From an uncultured Spirochaetota bacterium (lineage in GTDB: Bacteria; Spirochaetota; Spirochaetia; SZUA-6; Fen-1364): a stretch of 64,000 nt of DNA. The notes under the pieces were generated by a model, which worked only from the letters and a program-made list of their open reading frames with translations, did no database searches and was not told the origin of the DNA. The translations under genes were made by a program, and so were the position numbers. The DNA lies in the NCBI GenBank assembly GCA_963781885.1, contig CAWAHW010000002.1, positions 160,001-224,000 on the forward strand. Direction: 5' to 3'. Shown here piece after piece: positions 48,730 to 59,773 of the stretch (the stretch's first letter is position 1; each line of letters starts with the position of its first letter).

Positions 48730-50184
48730 TACCGCGTGCTCCTGATGACGTCGCTTCTTGCGCTGGCCGTGCATCCGCTCACGGCCGCCAACCAGCACGC
48801 CGATCCCCTGTCGCCTGTCGCCGAGGTGGGCAGACAGAGCCTGCAGCTCCTTGCCGCGGGGAATGTCTCCGGCGCGGCCGCGGCGCTCGGGCAATTCGAG
48901 CCGCGCTGGTCGGCCGTGGAGGATGGCATCCGCGCGGAGAGCCCTGCGATTTACGCCCGCATCGAGGTGGCCTCCAGCCGCGCCGCTGCGGCGCTTTCTG
49001 CCGTTCCCCCCGACACCACGCGCGCGGCGCGGGCCCTGAATGACCTGATTGCCGCCACCGACGACTATTCCAGCGGCGCGGCGCGAGGCCAGGCCGCGCG
49101 GGCTCCCGCCGGTATCGCTGCCCTCGCGACACTCATCGGACAGGTGAAAGACTCCATCACCGGTGGCGACATGGCACAGGCCTCCGACCTCATGCAGAGC
49201 TTCACCGAGGTGTGGCCCCTGGCGGAGCCGGAGGTGAAGTCGCGGTCGGCGCAGGCATACGCGCACATCGAATCCGACATGACGCGGGCCTCCTCCTTCC
49301 TGCTCTCGGATGCGGCATCGCAGGTGAAAGCGCGCGAGCCCGTGGAGAGGATCAAGGCCGAGCTGGACGGGCTTTCAGCCGGGACGTCGTACAATGCCTG
49401 GGATGCCGGCCTCATCCTCTTCCGCGAAGGCATGGAAGCCCTCCTGATCATCGCTGCGCTGCTGGCGGCCCTGAAAAAGGCCGGTACGGGCTCGGGCGCC
49501 GGCGTCGTCTGGGCAGGTGCCGGGGTCGGGTTGCTCGGAAGCGTGATCATCGCCGTCATCATTGGATTCGCCATCAGCGGCGCCATGATCGGGTCCGCGC
49601 GCGAGGGGCTGGAAGGGATCGTGGGGCTCGCCTCGGTTCTCCTGATGCTCACGGTCGGTGCCTGGCTGCACAGCCGGTCCAGCCTCAAGGCCTGGAACGG
49701 CTTCGTGAAGGAAAAGGTGGGCACGGCAATCGCCGCCGGGCGCATGGGAGCGCTCTTCACGCTCGCGCTTTTCGCCGTCTTGCGGGAAGGCGTGGAAGCG
49801 GTGGTCTTCTATATCGGCATCGCGCCGGGCATCGGGGCGACGGCCCTTGTTGCCGGCATCGGCGGGGCGCTTCTCCTCCTGGTGGTGATCGGCTTTCTCG
49901 TCATCAGATTCAGTGTCAGGCTGCCGCTGCACTGGGTCTTCCTCGCCGCGACGGTGCTCATCTATTACCTTGCATTCAAGATTACGGGAACGAGCGTCCG
50001 GGCGCTCCAGTCAGCCGGCATGCTGCCCTCACATTTCGCCGAGGGTCTTCCCAGCGCGGGTTTCCTCGGCATGTCCCCGTCCTGGGAATCATTCGTGCCG
50101 CAGGCTTTCGTTCTCATGCTGGTGCTCGTGGAGGTGGCGCTCACCGAGACGCGGAGACTCGCCTCCCGACATCGCGGCGCCTGA
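48709..50184 (+). CDS. FTR1/EfeU family iron permease with N-terminal extracytoplasmic helical domain
   Basis: Two REGxE motifs (FREGME, LREGVE), multiple TM helices, signal peptide and repeated W..VE..I/V+..S..Y..IE helical units. Confidence 0.9.
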   Translation: MTNLVRYYRVLLMTSLLALAVHPLTAANQHADPLSPVAEVGRQSLQLLAAGNVSGAAAALGQFEPRWSAVEDGIRAESPAIYARIEVASSRAAAALSAVPPDTTRAARALNDLIAATDDYSSGAARGQAARAPAGIAALATLIGQVKDSITGGDMAQASDLMQSFTEVWPLAEPEVKSRSAQAYAHIESDMTRASSFLLSDAASQVKAREPVERIKAELDGLSAGTSYNAWDAGLILFREGMEALLIIAALLAALKKAGTGSGAGVVWAGAGVGLLGSVIIAVIIGFAISGAMIGSAREGLEGIVGLASVLLMLTVGAWLHSRSSLKAWNGFVKEKVGTAIAAGRMGALFTLALFAVLREGVEAVVFYIGIAPGIGATALVAGIGGALLLLVVIGFLVIRFSVRLPLHWVFLAATVLIYYLAFKITGTSVRALQSAGMLPSHFAEGLPSAGFLGMSPSWESFVPQAFVLMLVLVEVALTETRRLASRHRGA

Positions 50185-50190
50185 CACAGC

Positions 50191-53100
50191 CTATCGGCGG
50201 GAAGTCTTTTCCTTTTTCTTCCGCAACCGTTCGACCTCTCGCGGCTTTCCCAGACGGGTCCATGCGGCGATGGCCTCGTCGAAACGGCCCAGGTGCTCGA
50301 AGGCCCGCGCCGCCGCGCGCTCGTCCCCCGAGGCCCGGGCAACGCGGAGGGCCGAGTCGTAGTCGTGGCCGTCCATGTACCACCGCACCGCGTCCGGCAT
50401 TTCCCCGCGCTGTTCCGCATACCGGCCCGCAAGGGCCTGGTCCTTTTGTCTGAAACACGCGGCTTCCGCCTGGTCGATCCAGTCGTTCGCCATGAGATGC
50501 GCGACCGCCTCGCGGTAGCGCGCCCGACTCTCGCCGAGCACCACCGCGTTTGCATCCGTGAGCGCGAGCGCCGCGGCCCGGCGCTCGAACTCCGCGATGT
50601 CCCCGGCGGCGAAGGCGGCGCAGGCCGCGAGGCCGGCATCCCCCGTTTCGCGCGCACCGCGATTGACCCTTTCGATGAGGCCCAGGAGGTCCTCCGGCGG
50701 GGACGATCTCAGGAACATGTTGTGCCCAAGGATGCCCATGATGACATTCGCCACCCGGTGGGTGATGAGCATATCGAGGGCCGCCGGCGGAATGAAGAAC
50801 GTGGTGATCATCGCACCGTAGACCTGGTCGAAGACCCTCTCGATCAAGGGCCGCGCCGTCGCGGAGTCGGCGCCCCGCACGCTCGCCGCGAGCATCGTGA
50901 AGGTGACCTCGATGAGCGCCTTGTCCTCCACACCGGCCTGATAGTGCTGCATCCACTGGACGTGGGCGTAGGATTCGACGAACACACCGGAGACCGTGAC
51001 CCCCGGCGCGCTGGCGTAGCGGCGCGCTTCCTCGATCTTGTCGGAGGAGAGGAAGTACTGGAGAGCCTCCTCGTGCCTGCCCAGGCGCAGGCATATCTCC
51101 CGCACGTTTTCCAAATCCATCAGGAGCCTGAATCGCGCGAGGGCGGGGATGAGCTTTCCCTGCTTCAGCATCTGGTGTGCCTCATCGGAAAGGGATCGGG
51201 CTGCCTCCTTGTCATTGGGCATGGAAGCGGACAGGTGCTGGAACAGGTACTTCTGGATGAGGGTGACCGTCGTCTCGCTGTCATCCCCCCTGCGTTCCAT
51301 GACGCGTGCGGCGTCCAGGGGCCTGCCCCGGGCAGCATGGCTTTGCGCCAGGGCCTCGTAGTCGCCCGTCTTCTCGAGCTCCTGCGCCGCCACGACCAGC
51401 TCCTCCGCCTGGAGGAAGAGGGGGCCGGCCTTGTCGGGTATGCCCAGCGCCGCGTAGCGGATGGCAGCCTTCAAGGCCGTGGTGCGGGTCTTGACCGCGG
51501 GTATGGAATCCGCGAGGCGCGCGCGGTTGTCTTCAGACCGGGACGCGTATTGTGCATAGGCTTCCACGGCCCTGCGCACGTCCCCTTTCTTTTCGAAATA
51601 CGCCCCGATGGCTTCCTGGTCGTCGAGCTTGCGGAGGCAGCGGAGGAGCTTTTCATCGCTTGCCGTCTTTTTGTAGAGCTTCGCAGCTTCGCGATAGGAT
51701 CCGCCGCGGAAATACATGTCAGCCGCCTGCTCCCGGCGACCGACCCGCTCCAGGCACATGCCCGCCTCGAGCCACAGGTGCGCCTTTTCGAGGAAGCCCG
51801 CCGCCCGCTCGTCGTCACCCGCCCTGGCCAGGGCGCGGCCCACCTTGTCGAATGCGCCGGCCTTCTCCCAGCAGGCGAGCGCCCGCTGCGGCTCCTTCAA
51901 TTCCTCCCACGCGCGCGCCGCTGCCTCCCAGGCGCCCTCGCTTTCGCGCGCCTGCGCGCCGCACACCGCTTCCCGCCGCTTTTCCCCCAGGCCGGCCCAG
52001 AGACCCCGCGCACGGACCCAGTCCTGGGCGCGCTCGAAGCATTCCGCGGCCTGCCGTTTGTCCCCGGCCTGCTCGAAGAGCGGAGCGGCGCCGGCCCAGT
52101 CTTCCGCCGCCCGGCGCAGCCATCCTTCCGCCAGAGCGAGCTTTCCTTCCGCCCCCGCGTTGCGGAAGCATTCGCGCGCCGCCGCGTAGTGCTCGCGCTC
52201 CAGGAAGTAGTCTCCCTGCGCCTCCCACGCGGCGGGCGTCGACACCGCGCCCCACAGCTCCGCGAGCCTTTCCCGGTCCGCGGTGCGGAATACCAGGGGC
52301 GCGATGGAATCGATGTCCCAGATCGGCGACGGCTCCGGGCCGTCGTAGACGATCAGCGTGTTGCGCGCGCGGGTGACGGCGACGTAGAGCAGCGCAAGCT
52401 CGTGCCGCACGTGCGGGATGCGCGCCTCTTCCACCGGATCCCCCGCGTGTATCGTCCTCCAGGTCGCGCGCGCGGCAGGATCGGCGGCGAACTCCCAGAG
52501 AAAGACCGTGTTCGAACTCCAGGCCTTTTGCCTCGGTGATGGTGAAGACAAGCTCGGTGGCAAGCGCCTGCTTGAGACGGTCCCGCGCCTCCGCGGTCCG
52601 TGTCAGCACGACTTGTCCGGCCGCCCGCATGTCCATGCGCGCCGTCACCTCCCGCTCTGCAAGACCGGCCAGGAGCAGGGGCGGCTTCCCGCCGAACTTC
52701 CACTCCTCGCGCATGTCCGTGTCGGTGACGCCGACGAGGCCCGCCTTCAGGTCGAGCAGCGCGTTGGACAGGCGCACGATGGAGCCGACGCAGCGGAAGT
52801 TGAGACTGAGCCGGTGCACGGGCGGCACGGGGATGCCGCGCGCGTAAAGCTTGTTCTTCACCTCCTCCCAGCGGAAGCCGCTGGGGTTCACGATCTGGCG
52901 CGGGTCGCCCGTGAGGACCACGGAGCGCGGATCTGCCGCCAGTCGGAAGAGCAGCGACACCTGCACGTCGGTGAGGTCCTGCACCTCGTCGCAGACGACC
53001 AGGTCCTGCGCGAACTCGCCCGGGGAGCCGTCCAGCATGCGCAGCGCCGCCTTCGTGAGGTCGAGCTCGTCCCATCCCCCTGATCGGGCAAGCCTGTCCT

Positions 53101-54415
53101 GGTAGAAGACGGCGATCGCGTAGATCGCGCGCCGATCGTAGAGGAACGTCGGAGCGCGCTTCTTTCCCAGGGCAAGGTATTCATCCAGCGAGAGAAGGGG
53201 GGAGGAGAAATCCGCGGCGCTTTTTTCGACCAGCCGCTGGATCTCCTCCAGGGCGCGGCGACAGTCGTCCTCCGAGGCCGGGGCACGCGCGCCCAGCGCG
53301 GTCAGAAGACCCTGGTAGTCTCCCAAGCCGGTGCGCGCGGCGATGAAATGCTCCGCGCGCCGCGCGACGGCGAGCTCCTGCAGCCCGATCAGGTGCTCCC
53401 GCAGCTCCGCGCGCTCGGCGCTGGACGCGTCGCGTGCGAAATAGCGCGCGGCCAGTTGCCCGAGGCGCGCGGGCGCGAGCGGAGGCTTGGAGCCCTTGAT
53501 GATCGACCGTATCTCCTCCCAGACCAGCTCCGCGTCGTAGCTTCGGTGGTCCTTGTGGTCGGCGTAGATGCGCGCGAACTCGGCCATGCCCACTTCGCGC
53601 GCGGGAGGGAAGTCTGCGGCGACGGCCGTCGTGATCTCCTCCAGCAGCTCGCGGAACACGAGAAAGCGCGGTGCCTCCGTTTTTTCCGCGCCCTGCCTTT
53701 TCTCCATGAGACCCGCGTAGATCCTCTGTGCGAGCCTTTTCAGCAGGGGATTGTAGGTGAGGAAAAGCCGTCGACGCGCGGAAGCCGCCCGCAGGAGATA
53801 GTAGACGGAAAGCGTTGTCTTGCCGCTGCCCGCGGTACCGGAGAGCAGCACGGGCGGCACGACGTGCAGGAGCTCTTCCTGCTCCGTGGTGAGGAAAAGG
53901 AACGCCTCGAAGGAGTCGGGATCCGGGGATGAAAGAAGACGCCGCCACTCCGTGTCATCCAGCACGAGCCAGCGCTGCGGACCGTAGTCCTCGGGAACCT
54001 TCTGCTCCACGTCCTCCTGGCTCCGCCACTCCCGGGGCACGCCGTCCAAGGAAAGCTCCTGCCTCTCCTCGCCGTCGAATGGCGCGAAATCCAGGAATGG
54101 CGCATTGCGCGGCGCGATGCGGCGCGCTTCCGCGTTGATGTCGTCGTGCTGCGCGATGCCCCAGACGTAGACGGCGGTGCTCCCGCGATGATCGCCGAGC
54201 GTGAACAGGAGCCGATCGCCCTTGGAAAGACGCGCCTCGAAGACGACGCGGCGGGCGATGCCGCGCAGCTTCTTCACCCGCACACCGGCGTCCCAGAAGC
54301 CGTTTTCCAGGAACTCGAACTTTTCCCGCAGACGCTGTCGTTCCCGCTCGGGCAGCGTCAGGAGGTGACCCTTCAGGGCATCGTTGAGGAGGACGATGTA
54401 GCGGTTTTCCGGCAT
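50191..54415 (-). CDS. RelE-like N-terminal domain + UvrD/SF1 helicase + TPR-like repeats (~1400 aa), frameshift near 52513
   Basis: GTAGSGKTT, FLTYN, VCDEVQDLT, TGDPRQ, LNFR, TITEAKGLEF, LYVAVTRAR; C-terminal A.(C/L)FE.AG helical repeats. Confidence 0.85.
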
Positions 54416-54463
54416 CGGTCCTTCAATCCCCTCGGGGACGCCGTGCCGCGGTGATGTGCCGTC

Positions 54464-55027
54464 TCATTGGTAGTCCTCCATCGTGTCGATGTCGCGGAGT
54501 ATCGTCTCATCGTGCCACGGGAGCTCCCCGACGGAGAAGCGCGCCGCGATCTCCCGCATGTTCCCTTCCACCGGGTCGGCCGCGAGCACGGCGGGAATGA
54601 CGCGCGCGCTCAGGAGCACGGGGTGCCCCCTCCGTCCGCCGAATGTCGGGAAAAGAGCATCCGTTTCCGGGGCATCCCGCAGGGCCGCGAACGCCTCCGC
54701 GGGTATCCACGGCATGTCGCCCAGCGCAATGAAGAATCTCCCCGTGCGGACATGCCGCGCACCGCACTGCAGCGAGCTGAATCTGCCCTTCTCCCAGTCG
54801 GGGTTTTCCACGGCGGTGACGCGCGGATTGGCGCCGAACAGCGCGCGAAGCTCGTCGCCCCGGTAGCCGGTCACGAGGATGACGCGCGCGCACACGCCGA
54901 GCGCCGCTGCCACGACGGTGCCGATGATGGTGCCGTCCCCGAAGGGAAGGATGGGCTTCCACGCCCCCATGCGCGCCGACCTGCCGGCGGCCGGCACGAG
55001 GCAGTCGATGTCCGCGGTTTCCATCAC
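54464..55027 (-). CDS. Molybdenum cofactor cytidylyltransferase-like NTP transferase (MocA/YgfJ)
   Basis: PAAGRSARMGAWK, NPDWEKG..SSL, LGDMP, RGHPV, DIDT. Confidence 0.85.
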   Translation of the reverse strand: MMETADIDCLVPAAGRSARMGAWKPILPFGDGTIIGTVVAAALGVCARVILVTGYRGDELRALFGANPRVTAVENPDWEKGRFSSLQCGARHVRTGRFFIALGDMPWIPAEAFAALRDAPETDALFPTFGGRRGHPVLLSARVIPAVLAADPVEGNMREIAARFSVGELPWHDETILRDIDTMEDYQ

Positions 55028-55112
55028 GCGCCAGAGTACTGCGCGGCGCTGCCAGCCTCAAGTGCGCGCCTTGACCCGGCGGCCGGCAGGCGTTATCGTT
55101 TCTCTCACCCAT

Positions 55113-56321
55113 ATGACGAAGTACAGTCAGGAATTCATCCGCGCGATCCCCAAGTCAGACCTGCACGTGCACCTCGACGGATCGCTCAGGCTTTCCAGCC
55201 TCATCGAGCTGGCGCGCGAACGCAGCATCACGCTTCCCTCGTCCACCGAAGAGGGCATGAACGAGCTTGTCTTCAAGCCCGCCTACAAGAACCTCAACGA
55301 GTACCTCTCCGGGTTCGCCTGGACGCTCAGCGTCATGCAGGACCCCGAGGGCCTGGAGCGCACCGCGTACGAGCTTGCACAGGACAACTGGGCCGAAGGC
55401 GTACGCTACCTCGAGGTGAGGTTTGCGCCGCAGCTCCACATGTCGCCCCAGTTCGGTTTCGACGCCGTGATGCACGCGGTGGACAACGGCATGAAGCGCG
55501 CGCGGGATGAGGCGAACAGGAGCCTCCCTCCCCAGGAGCCGCCCTACGACTACGGCATCATCGTCTGCGCCATGCGCTTCTTCGACGAAAGCTTCTCTGC
55601 CTACTACCGGGACATCTGCCGCCTGCTTTCCAACTCAGGACCGCAGGAGGCGATCCGCGTCGCGAGCCTCGAGCTCGCGCGGGGCGGCGTGCGGATGCGC
55701 CGGGAGACCGACGTGCAGATCGTCGGTTTCGACCTTGCCGGCAGCGAATATGGCTACCCGGCGAGCGCCCACGAGGAATCGTACGACTACGTGCACAAGA
55801 ACTTCATGCGCAAGACCGTGCACGCGGGTGAGGCATACGGTCCCGAGTCGATATTCCAGGCTGTGGCGAAGCTGCACGCCGACAGGATCGGGCACGGGCT
55901 GCACCTCTTCAACGAGCAGATGATCCTGTCCGGCACGGTGAAGGACAAGCAGGCCTACATCGCCAACCTCGTGGACTACATCGCGGAAAACCGCACGACC
56001 ATCGAGGTGTGCCTTACCTCGAACATGCAGACCTCCCCGGCGCTCAAGGACATCAGCGAGCATTCGCTGCGCCAGATGCTCGCTCACAAGCTTTCCCTCA
56101 CGTTCTGCACCGACAACCGCCTCATGTCGCACACCACCGTGGTGCGCGAGCTCACCCTCGCGCTGGAGAACTTCTCCATCGCGCCCGACCAGCTCAAGGA
56201 TATCATCGCCTACGGCTTCAAACGCTCCTTCTATTACCATCCCTATTCGCGCAAGCGCAAATGGGTGCGCCAGATCATCGACTATTACGAGGCGCTGGAG
56301 AAGAAGTTCGGCGTCGCGTAG
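55113..56321 (+). CDS. add: Adenosine deaminase family protein
   Basis: PKSDLHVHLDGS, YLEVRFAP, GFDLAGSE, TVHAGE, RIGHG, EVCLTSN, TDN. Confidence 0.9.
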   Translation: MTKYSQEFIRAIPKSDLHVHLDGSLRLSSLIELARERSITLPSSTEEGMNELVFKPAYKNLNEYLSGFAWTLSVMQDPEGLERTAYELAQDNWAEGVRYLEVRFAPQLHMSPQFGFDAVMHAVDNGMKRARDEANRSLPPQEPPYDYGIIVCAMRFFDESFSAYYRDICRLLSNSGPQEAIRVASLELARGGVRMRRETDVQIVGFDLAGSEYGYPASAHEESYDYVHKNFMRKTVHAGEAYGPESIFQAVAKLHADRIGHGLHLFNEQMILSGTVKDKQAYIANLVDYIAENRTTIEVCLTSNMQTSPALKDISEHSLRQMLAHKLSLTFCTDNRLMSHTTVVRELTLALENFSIAPDQLKDIIAYGFKRSFYYHPYSRKRKWVRQIIDYYEALEKKFGVA

Positions 56322-56357
56322 CGCGTCGGGCGGGCGGCGCCGGAATCAGGATCCGAG

Positions 56358-57875
56358 GTGAGCGTGGGAGACGGCTACATACTGGGGCTCGACTGCGGCA
56401 CCCAGTCCGCGAAAGCCTGTATCTGGGACCGGGAGGGAAGGTGCGTCGCCCGCGCCTCTGCTCCGCTTTCGGTTTCCGCCCCGCATCCCGGCTGGGCCGA
56501 GCAGGACCCCGCGGAGTGGTGGGGCTCGGCGCGCGCGGCGATTGCGCAGGCGGCATCCTCCATCGACGCGACAAGGCTCGTCGCGCTGGGGATCGCTTTC
56601 CAAAGGGAAACCTTCACGCTTGCGGATGCCCGCGGCGCGCCCCTCCGACCGGGCATCCTCTGGCTGGACATCCGCGCGGACGGGGAAACGGCGGAGATTT
56701 CCGGCACCTTCGGAGCCGACGCCATCCACCGGCTCACCGGCAAGCCGCTCGACGTGACATCGGCCGTTCCGCGCATGCGGTGGATCGCGCACCACGAGCC
56801 GGACGTGCTCCGGCGCGCCGCCCGATGGATGGACGTGTGCTCATGCATCGTCGAACGGATGACCGGGGAGCTCGTCACCTGCGTCGCCGGGGCGGATACC
56901 TCCGGCCTGGTGGATCTTTCCACGCGGCGGTGGTCGACCGAGCTGCGGGGCCTCGCGGGCCTGGGGCGCATCGACCTGCCGCGCCTGGTCGAGCCAGGCA
57001 CGATCGTGGGAGGCGTGACGCCGGACGCTGCGCGTCTTCTGGGCGTGCCGCCGGGGCTGCCGGTCGTCGCGGCCGGGGGTGACGGCCAGGCTCTTGCGGC
57101 CGGATCGGGCATCGGCCTCGACGGCGGCTTCAGCCTCTCCCTTGGCACGAGCATCACTCTCGGGTTGCACAGCGACACGCCGTCAATCGCGGATCTGTAT
57201 CGCACCCTGATCGCCGCCGATCCGGGGCGCCGCTACCTGCTGGAGTCCGTCATCCAATCGGGGACGTACATCCTGCGCTGGTTCACCGATGCCTTCGGAC
57301 AGGGCCGCGAAGCATCGGGCGCGATTGACGCGTGGGAACCGGCCGTCGCCGCCCTTCCGCCGGGGAGTGACGGCCTGGTGACGATACCACACTGGTGGGG
57401 CGTGCGGTTTCCGGAATCAAGGTCGGATGCGCGCGGCGCGACCCTGGGCTGGTCTCATCAGCACGGGCAGGCCCATTTCCTGCGCTCCATTCTCGAAGGG
57501 GTTGGTTTCGAGCTCAAACTGCTGCAGAAGGGCTTCGCGCGGGAGTGCCCCGGGGCGCAAAGGCATCGGATGACCGTGTGCGGCGGCGGCTCGCGCAGCG
57601 CCGCGTGGCTGCGCATTCTCTGCGACGTCACCGGGTTGGCCGTCCGCGTGATCGACGAGCAGGAGCCCGCGGCCCTCGGCGCCGCCCTGCTTGCCGCTGT
57701 CGGCACCGGTGTCTTCCCCGATACCACGGCCGCGGCCGCGGCCCTGCTGCGTATCGGGCGGACGCTTGCGCCTGACCGCGCCGCGGCCGCGCGCTACGAC
57801 GCCCTCTATGAAGAGCTCTACATCCCCCTGCGCACGGCAAGTCTCTCCCTGTCCGCGGCATCGGGGAAGGTGTAG
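56358..57875 (+). CDS. FGGY carbohydrate kinase (xylulokinase-like)
   Basis: LGLDCGTQ, PGWAEQDP, QRET, WLD.RA, GGDGQ, LEGVGF, GGGSRS, ALGAALLA. Confidence 0.9.
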   Translation: MSVGDGYILGLDCGTQSAKACIWDREGRCVARASAPLSVSAPHPGWAEQDPAEWWGSARAAIAQAASSIDATRLVALGIAFQRETFTLADARGAPLRPGILWLDIRADGETAEISGTFGADAIHRLTGKPLDVTSAVPRMRWIAHHEPDVLRRAARWMDVCSCIVERMTGELVTCVAGADTSGLVDLSTRRWSTELRGLAGLGRIDLPRLVEPGTIVGGVTPDAARLLGVPPGLPVVAAGGDGQALAAGSGIGLDGGFSLSLGTSITLGLHSDTPSIADLYRTLIAADPGRRYLLESVIQSGTYILRWFTDAFGQGREASGAIDAWEPAVAALPPGSDGLVTIPHWWGVRFPESRSDARGATLGWSHQHGQAHFLRSILEGVGFELKLLQKGFARECPGAQRHRMTVCGGGSRSAAWLRILCDVTGLAVRVIDEQEPAALGAALLAAVGTGVFPDTTAAAAALLRIGRTLAPDRAAAARYDALYEELYIPLRTASLSLSAASGKV

Positions 57876-57884
57876 CATCGCACC

Positions 57885-58820
57885 ATGAAAGAATGCGACC
57901 TGGAGCGGGGCTACCGTGATTCGATTATTCCGTGGGTGAACCAATCGGGGATCCGGGGAACGCTCCCGCGGGCCGATGGCGTCACCCTTCGTTACCTGGG
58001 CATCGAGGCAGAGGTGGAGTCCGCCGCCCTGGTCTTCCTGTGCGGCTACCACGAGTGCTTCCTGAAATACGTGGAGTTGTTCCACGACCTCAAGGATGAC
58101 GGGCTGTCATTCTATTGCTGTGACATGCGGGGGCAGGGTTTCTCCGATCATCAGCTGGCAGATCCGCAAATTGCCTGGGTGGAGAGCTGGGAGCAGTACG
58201 TCGATGATTTTGCCGCGTTCATGAATGACGTGGTCATGGCGCGGCCGCACCGCAAGGTGTTTCTCCTTGCGCATTCACAGGGAGGCGCCATTGCGGCGAT
58301 CTATCTCGCGCGACACCATCCCGCCGTCCAGGCCGCCATCCTCAATGCGCCCCTCGTGGGTGACAGGTTCCCTCCGGTGGCAAAGACGGTCGTCCGCGCG
58401 CTCGACCTGCTTGGAAAAGGACGGGACCGCATACCGGGAGGCAAGCCCTATGCCCCGGGTACCCTGGAAAAAGACCACGTGACGCACAGCCCGGTGCGGC
58501 ATGAAATCAAGAACGCGCTGAGCGAACGCCACCCGGAGATCTGCCTGGGCGATCCTTCCAATCATTTCGTCGTCCAGTTGCTGAGTCTGGCAGCCGCCGC
58601 CCGTCGGGCCGCGCCGTCCCTATCCGTTCCCGTGCTCGTATTCAAGGCGGAAGATGACTTCTACGTCCATCCCGGCGCACTCGATGATTTCTGCTCCCGT
58701 CTTCCCCACGGCAGGAAGGTGCTTTTCCCCGGCGCACGCCACGAGATTTTCATTGAAACGGATGCCGTCAGGAACCGGGCAATCGAGGAGATACGAGGTT
58801 TCATGATGCGCGCGGACTGA
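57885..58820 (+). CDS. Lysophospholipase L2 (PldB)-like alpha/beta hydrolase
   Basis: G..E..KY.E, DMRGQGFS, AHSQGG, GARHEIFIE.D. Confidence 0.85.
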   Translation: MKECDLERGYRDSIIPWVNQSGIRGTLPRADGVTLRYLGIEAEVESAALVFLCGYHECFLKYVELFHDLKDDGLSFYCCDMRGQGFSDHQLADPQIAWVESWEQYVDDFAAFMNDVVMARPHRKVFLLAHSQGGAIAAIYLARHHPAVQAAILNAPLVGDRFPPVAKTVVRALDLLGKGRDRIPGGKPYAPGTLEKDHVTHSPVRHEIKNALSERHPEICLGDPSNHFVVQLLSLAAAARRAAPSLSVPVLVFKAEDDFYVHPGALDDFCSRLPHGRKVLFPGARHEIFIETDAVRNRAIEEIRGFMMRAD

Positions 58821-58867
58821 GGGCGCGCCGCCGTGACACCGGACGGCCTCCGTGCTATGACAAGCTC

Positions 58868-59773
58868 ATGAAAAGCACGCACCAGGTCATCCAGAAGGCG
58901 CGCGAGCTGGGCATCGGGATTCCGGCATTTAATGTCGCGCATCTCCCCATGACCGCGCCCATTATCCGCGCAGTGGTGGACCAGGATTCCTTCGCCCTCC
59001 TGGAGGTTTCCCGCATTGACTGGCTGAAGTTCGGCGCGGAAAGCCCCGCGGCCGTCATGGCCGAGTACAAGCGGCACGAGGACCCGCAGCACGTGCGCAT
59101 CCACCTCGACCACGTGCCTGCCATCGATGAAGACCGGCAGCCGGTCGACTACGTGGCAGTGATCGCGGAGGCGCTTGGGCTGGGCTACCAGTCGGTCATG
59201 ATCGACGCCTCGCGGCTCGGCCTGGAGGAGAATATCCGCGCAACGCGCACCGTGGCGGATCTTGCGCACAAGACGGGCATTCCCGTGGAGGCGGAGCTGG
59301 GCGCGGTGCTCGGGCACGAGGCAGGACCGCTGCCGCCGTACGAGGAGCTTTTTGCGTCCGGGCGCGGGTTCACGCGGCCCAATGAGGCAGCGCGCTTCGC
59401 GCGGGAGTCCGGCTGCGACTGGCTGTCGGTTGCCATCGGCAACATACACGGCGCCGTGGGGGAGGCGACGAAGAACCAGAAAAAACTGGAAGCGCGTCTG
59501 GCGCTCGATCACCTCTCGCGGCTTTCCGATGTGACCGGAATTCCGCTCGTGCTCCACGGCGGCTCGGGAATACGGCAGGAGGATATGCTCGCCTCCATGA
59601 AGCGCGGCATCGCCAAGGTAAACGTGGGAACCGAGATTCGCCAGGCCTATGAGCTCGCGCTCAAGACGACGGGAAGCGAAAAGGCCGCACAGGATGCGGT
59701 CTACGAGCGCACGGTGTCACTCATCCGGGACTGGTTTAAGCTCACGGAAATCAGGGGAAAGATTCTTTCGTAG
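58868..59773 (+). CDS. Class II ketose-bisphosphate aldolase (FbaA/GatY family)
   Basis: PAFN, IHLDH, SVMIDAS, VEAELG, LSVAIGNIHG, LVLHGGSG, KVNVGT. Confidence 0.92.
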   Translation: MKSTHQVIQKARELGIGIPAFNVAHLPMTAPIIRAVVDQDSFALLEVSRIDWLKFGAESPAAVMAEYKRHEDPQHVRIHLDHVPAIDEDRQPVDYVAVIAEALGLGYQSVMIDASRLGLEENIRATRTVADLAHKTGIPVEAELGAVLGHEAGPLPPYEELFASGRGFTRPNEAARFARESGCDWLSVAIGNIHGAVGEATKNQKKLEARLALDHLSRLSDVTGIPLVLHGGSGIRQEDMLASMKRGIAKVNVGTEIRQAYELALKTTGSEKAAQDAVYERTVSLIRDWFKLTEIRGKILS

